Translations under genes and position numbers: made by a program
Assembly: GCA_016198605.1 (NCBI GenBank)
Contig: JACQIG010000080.1
Coordinates: forward strand, 1-39,197
Length of the DNA stretch: 39,197 nt
Reading direction: 5' to 3'
Origin: Candidatus Aenigmatarchaeota archaeon
GTDB lineage: Archaea; Aenigmatarchaeota; Aenigmatarchaeia; QMZP01
The notes under the pieces: model-generated
Seen by the model: only the letters and a program-made list of their open reading frames with translations
What the model was told of the DNA's origin: nothing
Database searches by the model: none
Part shown: positions 37,501 to 39,197 of the stretch, piece after piece
Numbering within the stretch: position 1 is the first letter of the stretch
How the letters are laid out: each line of letters opens with the position of its first letter

Positions 37501-39197
37501 TTCCTCGGGACCGAGGTGTCAACCTTCACTTCAAACGTCAGGTTTGAGCCTCCCGGGACACTAATTGCGTTTGCGGATACGGGCACTGAAACGCCAAGCA
37601 CGTTACCTGCCGTGGTCCCGATGGTCTTATCAAGCGTGAATGTAGCGTTCCCGCTGTTCCTGTAATACCTGACGTCCCTGGTTGAGTAAGTTGTGATAAC
37701 CAGATCCTCCAGGCCATCCGAGTCAAAGTCAAAATTGTCAGCAGCACCATGGTTATTGGTGTCAAACAATGGCGTGGGTCTCATTGTAAATGTCACGCCA
37801 TTCCCTGCGCCCTTGTAAAAGTGGTATTCCCCATCCCCGCCGCCGTTGGCAATGATGTCCAGGTTACCGTCATTGTCAAAATCCGCCACCGTCACCCCAT
37901 AGGGATCATTGGAGGACGCGGCTGTGTCAAACAGGAACGTCTGGTTGAACGTCCCATTGCCGCTGCCCAGATATGCTGTTATTGTCCCGCCGGCGTTTTC
38001 TGCATAGGCAAAATCCATCTTGCCATCCCCGTTCAGGTCTCCCGCGTCCTTGCCGCGGCCCGCGCTGCCCGGGGCATTAAGGGTTATGGTAGACCTTGTG
38101 AAGCCGCCAAGGCCATCCCCTGCGAACAAGTATAAATCGTTATTGTTTCCTGACACAACAAAGTCCAGCTTTCTATCAGTTGTGTAGTCGCCAACAGCAA
38201 TATCCATCACCCAGGAGCTCATGCTGAAGCTTGTCCCTATCCTTGCGGGGGACTCAAAGGTATTATTGCCCCTGTTCCTGGCAATATACATGAAATTGTC
38301 GCCGGGGTTCCCGGTCACAAAATCCAGGTCCCCGTCCTCGTCAAAATCCCCTATGCCAGTCCCCCTGCTGTCAAAGCCAAAGGCCAGTATATTGACAAGC
38401 GGGCCAAAGGAGCCGTTGCCATTTATGCTGGAAAAGTAATGGTTCCCGGAATCATCGCTTGCGATTAGGTAGGCGCCTGATATTATTGACAGGTTGATGT
38501 TGGTGAATTCCAGGAAAGGCGGGATTGCAATGGTTGATTCAAGCGCGTGGTTGCCCCTGTTGGCCACAGTGAAGTTCTGCCTGACATCGCTTCCCGTGGC
38601 TATGGTGCCGAAATCAAGGCTGCCTGGCGTGACATCTATGTCAGGTATTAATATGCTGACAATGAATGCTTCTGATGTGTTCTGGTTTCCCGCAATGTCT
38701 GTTGCTGTTATCTGGAATGTGAAGTTTGACGTGGCGCCTGACAGGTCAACCGCAGCATAATAAGTGTTGTTTTGCGCGGGGCTCATGGCGGATGTAATGG
38801 AAGGGCCTCCTAAAGAGTAGTTTATGATGACCGATGCTATCCTGGAATCGTCCGTTGCTTGCGCCGTGATATTTATGATGTCATCCACAGATGGCATTGG
38901 CGGCGTGTGGGTTATGCTGAACAGGCTCGGGTTGGCTATATCACTTACGTCAAATGCCACAGGTATTCTTATCAACGGGTTTACAGGGTCGTTTGACGTT
39001 ATAGTAATATTCCTTGTTGCATTTAACGGGATTGAAGTGTCGAATGTCAGCTCCACATCAACTGACTGGCCCGGCTGCACTACTACCCTCAGGCCTGCTG
39101 ACAACGGGCCTGATATGCCCATCCTGTCACTGCTGCCAACAGGAACCCCTATTATCTGCCCCGGCTGGAATGTCCCGTCGCCGTTGCCTTGGAAGTA
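16512..39197 (-). CDS. Giant surface or adhesin-like multidomain protein. It is 5'-partial: the N-terminus lies beyond the right window edge, and at least 7561 codons are present here.
   Basis: The ORF track gives 16512..39122. I translated the 25 codons from 39123 to 39197 in the same frame and found no stop. They read YFQGNGDGTFQPGQIIGVPVGSSDR, which contains a GNGDGTF FG-GAP/VCBS-type motif. No signal peptide follows the ATG at 39122. Confidence 0.9.
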   Translation of the reverse strand, partial: YFQGNGDGTFQPGQIIGVPVGSSDRMGISGPLSAGLRVVVQPGQSVDVELTFDTSIPLNATRNITITSNDPVNPLIRIPVAFDVSDIANPSLFSITHTPPMPSVDDIINITAQATDDSRIASVIINYSLGGPSITSAMSPAQNNTYYAAVDLSGATSNFTFQITATDIAGNQNTSEAFIVSILIPDIDVTPGSLDFGTIATGSDVRQNFTVANRGNHALESTIAIPPFLEFTNINLSIISGAYLIASDDSGNHYFSSINGNGSFGPLVNILAFGFDSRGTGIGDFDEDGDLDFVTGNPGDNFMYIARNRGNNTFESPARIGTSFSMSSWVMDIAVGDYTTDRKLDFVVSGNNNDLYLFAGDGLGGFTRSTITLNAPGSAGRGKDAGDLNGDGKMDFAYAENAGGTITAYLGSGNGTFNQTFLFDTAASSNDPYGVTVADFDNDGNLDIIANGGGDGEYHFYKGAGNGVTFTMRPTPLFDTNNHGAADNFDFDSDGLEDLVITTYSTRDVRYYRNSGNATFTLDKTIGTTAGNVLGVSVPVSANAISVPGGSNLTFEVKVDTSVPRNLTGNITFRSNDPDEGVLTVTLTGRVADITPPVLEGITNISGFQSAERNITVEANASDNSGIFESRLFFQAGGGQLQSVQMARVSGNSLNGTYKASIPPTNATTMVGYFVNITDLDFTTVGSGAFSFDTTTHPDIENITQTPIFPNLNQDVSIMAGITDDFAVSNATLFFSMERELSCSQASCVQPPSGLIAWWPADGAAADVAGGNGGVLVGGAGFAAGKSGEAFNLDGISGRVDVPSNPNLNPSSEVTVSAWVKTLDAKASANVLVKTNGCASSGYIMWLNENNVAGAGKPGFWIGAGPWLDADIAINDGQWHHVAGTFNGTASSIYVDGVLRNSGPRTGSLASSNTLQIGGSSYCGANLNGQVDDAMVFDRALSAVEIESLFNSGGFSECSPENVCTGFPQEPASWWPAEGNADDVAGSNQGFLQNGAGFGAGAMGEAFSLDGINDYVRRASATDLPMGNSPRTMAAWIYPTAYPDATYNGIVAYGAISCTGQGSLLSIKSNGQLSMAFWCDDAFQTSGPSAPLNKWTQVALTYEGGTTVKFYMNGEFVQESPLSAGVPANTQPGPIRIGCTDDPGRCFRGMIDEAMVFNRSLTAAEMKAMFEIQAAGRCTSLASCFDGISMSSSGSAYSATIPGFNATLNVSYFISAQDNHGFETATAMKSFVADGDPPNITGIGIDPPFPNATAPVEVFADIEDNVRVGNASLFFRHGNGSFSSVPINLSSALIGRKIDVLVLGADSQGLLDDVRSKLLQFSFIRSVDTMAASSSTPTLSQLQDYDAVITWSDNCYANSVQLGNALADYVDNGGGVVTAVFSYNGGCLELQGRFAAGNYYTIPPGSGSAGGSSSVSILQPGHPILKGFNTLSTGSSRAAATAATSGSDTVANWGDGRVLVATKGINQGRVVGLGFWPPSSDVGGSSWNSATDGDVLMANSLLFAAGFGSVAVIPAPGFTTGVTFFINAQDVSGNAINSSEQAYIADGDLPVISSVTQVSGQVTPTENVTIQAIASDNAAIASINLSFRPGSGSFISVPMVQLSGTGQSGIFEGVIPASVNPVTVTYFVTAADPANNSASSALFSYQTKTDPIIREIKTLPGLFTNTTFNLTLQARVDDPDNNLLFVNFTLIDPDGIAVLERVNGAGAGNLFTAPAALVNKTGIWAAFVEARDADLNIAKSNDTFLVDQLSISEALLPSTTFISFPVNVSGFVTLSNGTPVEGVEVAGFLNGTPLKKFQILGDGSDGNLTINSNLIVNTYTSLASNAPNTSTSAAVGSTVGFAAGDEVLVIQLRGQDAGVFEFKKVRSALGNIITFDTALENSYSTGGADRANIIRVPQFTDVVINSGSITARPWDGTTGGVVAFRATGRVEINAGGKIDASGKGYRSLTRPTNSCSRAGGLQGESFTGEGAISNQSNGGGGGGGGPDACVGCTGDSPSGGGGYGTLGLKGEDGGNDEGQGGGIYGTPDLSRMFLGSAGGESHYSGTRGGSGGGIIFIFAGTINASQGQVLSNGEDGNSNPAFHPTGGGSGGSIHLVAKERLLSNNTVKAKGGDAFFLNVCEGETGGKGGDGRIRFSSLGISGSADPAPFMTDLSDFIAITDQAGSYNIRFRAPAAPSDYPVKVNVTFDKLLATNVSTLTITTNNPPAIAGIPNQSVLEDTEPNFTIDLFAFTTDVEQNLTDLAFAIEAQSNPGLISCSLFDIRFINCTTPAPNQFGSSDIAISAFDGSTKGFGGFRVIVEPVNDQPVLGPIPNQTINEDQNPADNWIDLFAFASDVEDSGSQLNFSILSQSNASLISCSIAGDRFVNCTDPAPNEFGSSEIFVEAIDTGGLTAQASFFVFVNSVNDLPVVTLIAPPDETNMTIPNQTFTFAVEDVEEDNFTCSLVIGSTIFSTTQANESVETNITATGISEGRKTWQMRCSDGIGNGISSARFLNVYTDLAIFPGDISFSDDTPLEADTVAIKALVRNLGSVDVNGVTVSFFLDNASVLIGNSGINIAAGSAANASVNWKAAVGNHTIIAQIDPNNARLDLDRSNNEANESISVILDQIAPTFSTITLIPADIRENSANVDFTVNIFDVGVGVDTSSARLFFGVAGMQGNRSMAFLGGNTFRATLNRTDVDWDLRQGNNITFFVSAKDRNNNANSSPEQSEFIDVINDVPIITIFQPNGTSQWGGNNTIKFSVNNDNEGPVDSTLYYWQPSEFAPRFEDNPAQYFLQGEWVEIANAGNASELVWDTTVFDGFTRVNITTTDGVHAVGKLSDIFVVDNTRLNITIDNFAVGGAFVTKPEAEIFGTVDAGFSNISSFGINDSRFTLATDPRGRRSGAYRFRSNGSITSAFSIGISAADSAGNTASMEGSFVIDQSLPAINMIEFENAFTNDIILVRVNATDDIAVKSVSASLPFNSSIVLSGSGDIFTATFKGPPNAGTFTANITATDQAGNVISSLTNLTVLPGPDLTVSAQDITFEPPATTITGSPVNVTALIRNTGGKFANGVNVSFTADGIEVGRDSLNITGEENASIAWDTTGFAGNKTVVVNIERSSGTFESSYLNNNASAGIFIDGPDLAVVAMHFNPPAPVFEGQVVNVTATIQGLNQFDASGVRISFYRDSVDIDNRIDFKDITVPAGGLVNVSVNWQTAGQLGNRTVFAEANTLNLPADPDRSNNILNATFLTKKFVPEQIPDLLFFSPRPLEPIPGERVRGLTSNDFQNDMKIDFVAGTDTGRIVMYKNNGIFYTNNNKTKNVNFTQVLIDDIGETAWGMASADFERDGYPDLLVGTESGKVQFYNNSQGVFVNNITLLDLDDWAYGLAVSDFNNDNIFDVVVGTQLGQVNIYANNMTAPGVTNESMVFNQTITTRDLPFGITTGDYDLDGQVDIMVGDRLGQVERLVFEEGKYNGFVFTDVGAFAHGLTTADVDYSGKLDLFTLSFDGNIRMFFSREGGLVTNPFIVANVPNAFGLTSGDYDRDNDIDLIAGGDNGDLTFVMNSLRISKSSVPLPSPPRRPVEVFTTIQDPWSREMDSLNVTEFWGNDTDFIRGGYPICLDFFCEQIFYADIFFLETPTDSGNTRNAYFFQFPNQICKQTCTSGGCGFPHLGCSFRGYTGEAGISPREFNMTEVMQVFDSLDLLNPRESFKMRYKVIPNSATDISAVTSINYTLLGDFNTPRTSFLLSDDVSNMNDITANSRNINPTKIKTDRDFTDNFVVVPDFTPTAITFEGFSFPPVPGEGAAARVTIRNLNNIAINGVKIQLLVDGNPVIFGCPQNCRSYTTFNIGAFGTASVSVGFTLPAVVGGIANVTAIVNPLLDDLETDYTNNVLSNTIATFPPTDLSNEEIFFTDLNGNRKTVFTEGEVIQIRTNISNVGADNSYSSTLSEFTFQGRGCDGVAPIDTRINCTPASPDFNAGLCDGFINPNTNMGNVNPGEGTIFTFQHTLADSKSRSQGGYNISTVVSDVASGDTNLANSAMFAAFEVLPSQEDLKFDYGYGSFCTKFTKGIGIDNPSDNVIRLFFEEMNDGGHDINGYDSVIFLDNNDSVIVERFAGRSLINHTASGVLIAAVDWDAITPGDHRIDYYIDYGRNDSESTARVMSSDGLAFVSNTPGIAGNEMSASITNRDVFRTELRQFHAGGSTALAVNSVAGLAVNDTIRIEGETFHAITGINVGANTLTITPPLSFNVGAGADLFQFYPGIFRLTVTRTTTVFEQTAFDITSRVVTQSESFDRLADGVTDIMTVGDILNVTADGGFNLTGQFFPSSLLHAEAGPGANLSAMPSVQASGLILEGSAANEVSEANNRHSTVFRWKEIAAGGITTAPNFPAERDIVSVSSTISNGGDIRTEPFNVSFYLDGVLMETRTISLLAHQGQPMTFLFEMPRSSQLAHSVRIAADSSNVITHEDESNNNVSSEVIAQGPFELNVLSREHNINFLASYQDAGGAFTPTAWALEGFSMEYDAIPEFVDYDRDGDLDVVIGSLDGKLESFRNTGTNSAPAWEPEDWLDIDWTTSELPIINVGGVNRQTIAVSTLDVGARSAPEFADLDGDTLADLVVGDTHGKLRAYKRVFVGQNVFNPGTGQNEFIVKGSWAEFGFNLSKVAETFRAIPRFADLDGDADLDLIIGNQFGNLMGYENTGTLAAPDWAPNGFNLTGIGLGSNAAPDIKDLDGDGDFDAMVGSGSGIITLQNIGNSTDPAWNMTGFNLSIPGRLDYRPALADLDADADLDLVFGSNNFTHIQLRKGYFEPVNVQVINFARKQVDIGRVELSAFNGSNGNKITQLFLDGPKDAQVLRRSGTRCDTLDIILKGKRIGSQSAIELEYDIDVPQDMPDGALLGVRASKQENVNPSYFYELGEAGCGENTLISGSKGAPIFINRPQLGGNTFDLFVDPNTTFEYKGSYRVFFNGTMSRVFNCVQNWCPIYNLVPNETNTIVGSGEIRRFTNILRMDYDIVKPDKPAIQLQIDNKFGLELKPGYVEDVDVSVTNNNRRAFNIDRIAIELFDQGPETGQKTVGNASVNITVPTFDSARIISLFTDTNGFNLPPGQTVSRKYKVYIPDGVPLEAMLLVKGVEKHTLGDNEYDRSNIAELWPQQSDEGFLGGRRFASDLPASSLYDSSNVTLFTDPGPWGDQDFQHGINCIVCDEGFGCGFEESFLRKLVWIPKTLIKSEQKIKLQQNCCCGQFCATEPPSGVTSWINGELKTSQVTECADIEFGWTPNFDELKVGGNSQFDLYSLGPHRQFDITFYDSVTVDYIQNTTVEPIPEAFQLDITGIGENGLLRRQFEEAVNFTVTNNDDDPATVDVIKVTLVTPQNKKVDLKTDTTPRTIPPQSSINLSFRVIIPSDVPLRSRLAVQVERVFSFPDRLWNRNREATQQEILAEGTRDYHWGDTLPTGEDSKYRKHFFVPRDVTRAEMVLGDQSFTTDVYLNGEFQGSGYPGWSPISITSGLKQAQENIISAIGSIPDTDSRVYSGKVRTGGTVIEPERDVFFTVFGMRERAVIPDREPFFVLPGEDVTARIRVENKYDKRLDFTMRISVVDFRNRNEVTLRSIPLAVLPFETKNLEVDLAIPATVSNETRLQLSSVWNELLDDKNWLRGSNFNDDQASNKFLDDTQWGVVQVGPGNEKAIYFRKDLWVDSTVQEIRVSRTGTSNMWVNGLPVAGNVLRNEFTKSESNLITLKAASFNIDADITLDHFVPVRSTDLEVTNLNYSHMLAVSQGNLTCFANQSLCDCGNQTRGECTYTVDQGETVRLNFTMRNAGELFAEGFDFTVYARNVATGAVTEFKRETLTMHPFSSDMWSVSWDTSELAGLYEFVVFPDADDAIIETSESNNQGARKIYVNAGPGIQYLDSPEIQGYGENVSIRSEIIDLDNNINNVALMLTKPDNSTQLLNVSSTGSLYKSIYNNTEGGRYVLGLDAEDGLGDSAIMASRVFDLFDSLYLNVKTGRDVYFYTQTVRLTPATPSGLSKVAQNTRPTLSGAFDNAEEIKGGERVGIRTNAFDPDGDLLTLYVCKTNQAGGINGCSGGTYCQSTERLNPGCSFAAEKDDMLHTWFAFLSDGKSLASLSISGNYTTDSAPPATRLFALASDTAGLVDAVDDSKTIAAIQGEPGMRCRWGKDLLNRFHKDRSYSLLENECAVAGEFANCNLGNLTKVDPSKDKITNLTRAYVSCVDVLGNEQVNSQNVDIEFGVEPEAAIFDDYQGGILAPGSSVSISGDTTFCVDETSRCIPSIRINNSAVAFSSPGAFHLRYIDADGRIMDTTVLVNSGPAVSGQAFRDVLGEHAFEVLVKVSDADSQAISCTLSADNSTIDMEIDNGLASALVAGMPDAVITTRVTCTDGFEAVSTPEATHAVPNQPPQLRNIPDMSLEPGQVRSIDLGFFGTDMESDAITHSIVSQGDTQKAMATITGRSLSVTGLDAGRSEVCLKVSDGLADSNVQCINMFVEDGTESKLQNNEFSNTTVGLLMKVQFFDGSAWMDEFTRLSNARVLPGPENQAALANIFEWNSATSSHPEGLFRVLFMAVDGDNATLVNRDGTKMEDSYNFTLILFNTPPEMAGIPDEAIFENGTLLMDLLEFTRDNEQDIAELDYAVAGQGNTGVLNCSVASGHVLACSAVPGQIGTSGINVSVTDVFGASDSDSFTVSVIPLEEFMRAGNLTFAFASGTFNLSGDLSSGFRSVFVDDSVQPGTYQVQVTVSDSLANVSRNITVLVAVPGQLILNPVGDRATAENATLDIQLTAIDPAGAPLLFGTDALSVLPSQPSFNAATGLFSWTPAFDDSGNYSVLFNVTNGNQTGSEAITIEVLNTNRPPVLDFMPDVTVNETETAVILAVASDPDNQNAPANDDNNLTVFINDTVFVQNGSAFLFQTGFDDAGFLSVLVTVGDGILADSQAVSITILDVNRPPVLDPVGDRTVNENEGIAIQLTASDPDNDTIIFNTDAGLVLPGPFAFNETAGLFSWIPTFDDAGEYNITFIAFDGQLADAEIVTITVVDVPLNRPPVLDAIGNRTVDENETLLIQLMAADPDNDTLAFGTNAGSILPSQFAFNAATGLFEWTPTFNDSGIYSVTFNVSDGQLADNETISITVRDMQINATNRPPVLDPVGNRTVGENESLAIQLSAADPDNDTLIFTTDAGSVLPSAFAFNAATGLFEWIPTLNDSGIYSVTFSVSDGLANDSEMIAITVIDLRVNRPPVLDAVGNKSVARNETLAIMLSASDPDNDTLAFGTNAGSVLQGPFLFDPATGFFQWTRQANDSSTYMVLFNVTDGLLSDEETITIFDNTSGIGVCDPRTAGYWSQPCNGNFNNENRSSMESYLARIHNMTDFFDNTTSFKAMCMILDVKKPSMLQQANRQLLALWLNLASRKLFLQTQVNLTPLSNSTTVSQAIAEAESLISVDTTRAKDIAEKMNMGGKAIVACQPNNPPVMEAIGNRTVPDGGTLIIQLSASDPDGDAMLFSTNAASVLPEPHYFDAGTGYFEWAANSAGTYTVTFAATDGSLSDREEVAISVLPPGGGGTEPPVYRDL
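16519..16533. repeat. Second copy of the 15-nt element tccctgtatacaggc (palindrome CCTGTATACAGG at 16521-16532). It overlaps the last codons of gene A.
   Basis: Read directly from the sequence. The minus strand encodes ..TEP-P-V-Y-R-D-L-stop. Confidence 0.95.
16565..18945 (-). repeat. Array of seven He_PIG/cadherin-like Ig repeats. The DNA period is 282-294 bp. The array is interrupted between repeats 6 and 7 by a non-repeat insert of about 132 aa (16833-17228).
   Basis: Repeat-initial Asn codons of NRPPVLD are at 18660, 18378, 18093, 17799 and 17514. Consensus: NRPPVLD.vGNRTV.ENE.L.IQL.A.DPDNDTL.F.T.AGS.LP..F.FN.ATGLF.W.PT..DSG.Y.V.F.VSDG. The DNA string cgctgtatatgcctgaatcatt recurs at 17591 and 17885. 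Confidence 0.85.
21990..24860 (-). other. About 2.9 kb of repeated modules I cannot assign to a family: Ig-like beta-sandwich plus jelly-roll-like segments, and a Cys-rich segment.
   Basis: Related segments recur. Examples: ..DVSVTNNNRRAFNIDRIAIELFD..QTVSRKYKVYIPDGVPLEAMLLVKGVE.., ..VNFTVTNNDDDPATVDVIKVTLV..SSINLSFRVIIPSDVPLRSRLAVQVE.. and ..ARIRVENKYDKRLDFTMRISVVD..TKNLEVDLAIPATVSNETRLQLSS... Each is followed by segments such as YRKHFFVPRDVTRAEMVLGDQSFTTDVYLNGEFQG or AIYFRKDLWVDSTVQEIRVSRTGTSNMWVNGLPVAG. Confidence 0.5.
24870..25690 (-). other. FG-GAP/VCBS repeat region 3 (integrin-alpha-like propeller).
   Basis: Translations: EFVDYDRDGDLDVVIGSLDGKLESFRNTG, PEFADLDGDTLADLVVGDTHGKLRAY, PRFADLDGDADLDLIIGNQFGNLMGYENTG, PDIKDLDGDGDFDAMVGSGSG and PALADLDADADLDLVFGSNN. 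Confidence 0.85.
28570..29430 (-). other. FG-GAP/VCBS repeat region 2.
   Basis: Translations: SNDFQNDMKIDFVAGTDTGRIVMYKNNG, SADFERDGYPDLLVGTESGKVQFY, VSDFNNDNIFDVVVGTQLGQVNIY, TGDYDLDGQVDIMVGDRLG and SGDYDRDNDIDLIAGGDNGDLTF. Confidence 0.85.
29510..30170 (-). other. Pair of CARDB domains. Further CARDB-like units lie at ~31380-31720 and ~21540-21960.
   Basis: Translations: GPDLTVSAQDITFEPPATTITGSPVNVTALIRNTGGKFANGVNVSF..SYLNNNAS and GPDLAVVAMHFNPPAPVFEGQVVNVTATIQGLNQFDASGVRISFY..DPDRSNNILN. Confidence 0.8.
31960..32600 (-). other. Two cadherin-like/Ig domains ending in VNDQPV and VNDLPV.
   Basis: Translations: NNPPAIAGIPNQSVLEDTEPNFTIDLFAFTTDVEQ..FRVIVEPVNDQPVLGPIPNQTINEDQNPADNWIDLFAFASDVED..FVFVNSVNDLPV. 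Confidence 0.7.
32760..33810 (-). other. Glycine-rich beta-solenoid-like module containing a poly-Gly (G8) run.
   Basis: Translation: ..GDGSDGNLTINSNLIVN..GGVVAFRATGRVEINAGGKIDASGKGYRS..NGGGGGGGGPDACVGCTGDSPSGGGGYG..GGSGGGIIFIFAGTINASQGQVLSNGEDG..GGGSGGSIHLVAKERLLSNNTVKAKGGD..GGKGGDGRIRF. Confidence 0.55.
34685..35320 (-). other. ThuA/class-I glutamine-amidotransferase-like (flavodoxin-fold) domain embedded in the adhesin.
   Basis: Translation: RKIDVLVLGADSQGLLDDVRSKL..LSQLQDYDAVITWSDNCYANSVQLGNALADYVDNGGGVVTA..ILQPGHPILKGF..RVLVATKGINQGRVVGLGFWP. The pattern is a short strand, a helix, then yDavi...., L..yv..GGG.v and HPi..G. Confidence 0.45.
35665..36940 (-). other. Two LamG / concanavalin-A-like lectin domains.
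   Basis: Translations: LIAWWPADGAAADVAGGNGGVLVGGAGFAAGKSGEAFNLDG..VTVSAWVK..DGQWHHVAGTFNGTASSIYVDGVL..GQVDDAMVFDRALSAVEIESLF and SWWPAEGNADDVAGSNQGFLQNGAGFGAGAMGEAFSLDG..MAAWIYP..KWTQVALTYEGGTTVKFYMNGEF..GMIDEAMVFNRSLTAAEMKAMF. Confidence 0.85.
37640..38480 (-). other. FG-GAP/VCBS repeat region 1.
   Basis: Translations: GIGDFDEDGDLDFVTGNPGDNFMYIARNRGNNTF, VGDYTTDRKLDFVVSGNNNDLYLFAGDGLGGF, AGDLNGDGKMDFAYAENAGGTITAYLGSGNGTF, VADFDNDGNLDIIANGGGDGEYHFYKG and DNFDFDSDGLEDLVITT. Confidence 0.85.

Noticed and set aside
16502-38760. Long plus-strand ORFs overlapping gene A (for example 19327..20478 at 383 aa, 31735..32664 at 309 aa, 17152..17958 and 17968..18738).
   Set aside because: Same shadow-frame artefact: the long ones all start at positions = 1 mod 3, one off the sense frame. 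The 17152 and 17968 pair look repeated only because they mirror the He_PIG repeats on the other strand.
39120-39122. ATG at 39122 as the true start of gene A.
   Set aside because: The frame is open to the window edge, with domain-like sequence upstream and no signal peptide downstream. See the finding on 39123-39197.

Overview
The window is almost entirely coding; under my gene calls only about 230 bp is intergenic. It holds four genes.

- **Gene C (1..10932, minus strand):** a secreted or surface protein of more than 3644 codons. Its C-terminus lies beyond the left window edge.
- **Gene B (11034..15581, minus strand):** a secreted protein of about 1515 aa that carries a peptidoglycan amidase domain.
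- **Regulator (15691..16491, plus strand):** a 266-aa winged-helix regulator wedged between genes B and A.
- **Gene A (16512..39197, minus strand):** a protein of more than 7561 codons. Its reading frame is still open at the right window edge, so the ATG at 39122 in the ORF track is not the true start.

Domains were recognised by eye from the translations.

- **Gene C:** thrombospondin-type-3 (TSP3) Asp-rich repeats and NosD/PbH1-like parallel beta-helices (three modules). It also has PKD and CARDB beta-sandwiches, an internal I9-propeptide plus S8 subtilisin with a complete D/H/S triad, and a lipase-like fold whose nucleophile motif is altered.
- **Gene B:** two SH3b domains, FN3 domains, an Amidase_2 domain (N-acetylmuramoyl-L-alanine amidase), TSP3 repeats and a Kelch propeller.
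- **Gene A:** three FG-GAP/VCBS propeller regions, two LamG domains, a ThuA/GATase1-like domain, a glycine-rich solenoid, CARDB and cadherin-like domains, about 2.9 kb of repeated modules I cannot assign, and a C-terminal array of seven He_PIG/cadherin-like repeats.

Several signals suggest an archaeal genome, possibly a DPANN-like episymbiont, but a bacterial origin cannot be excluded from sequence alone. These signals are palindromic TATA-like boxes about 22-25 nt upstream of candidate start codons, apparently leaderless starts, and surface proteins dense in N-x-S/T sequons.

Most notable observations:

1. Genes A and B both end in PVYR[D/E]L-stop, encoded by an identical 15-nt element whose core, CCTGTATACAGG, is a perfect palindrome.
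2. A murein amidase with SH3b domains sits in an archaeal-looking context.
3. A protease module with its own propeptide is buried in the middle of a giant protein.
4. Large parts of these proteins have no recognisable family.

I saw no rRNA, tRNA, CRISPR array, transposase or integrase.
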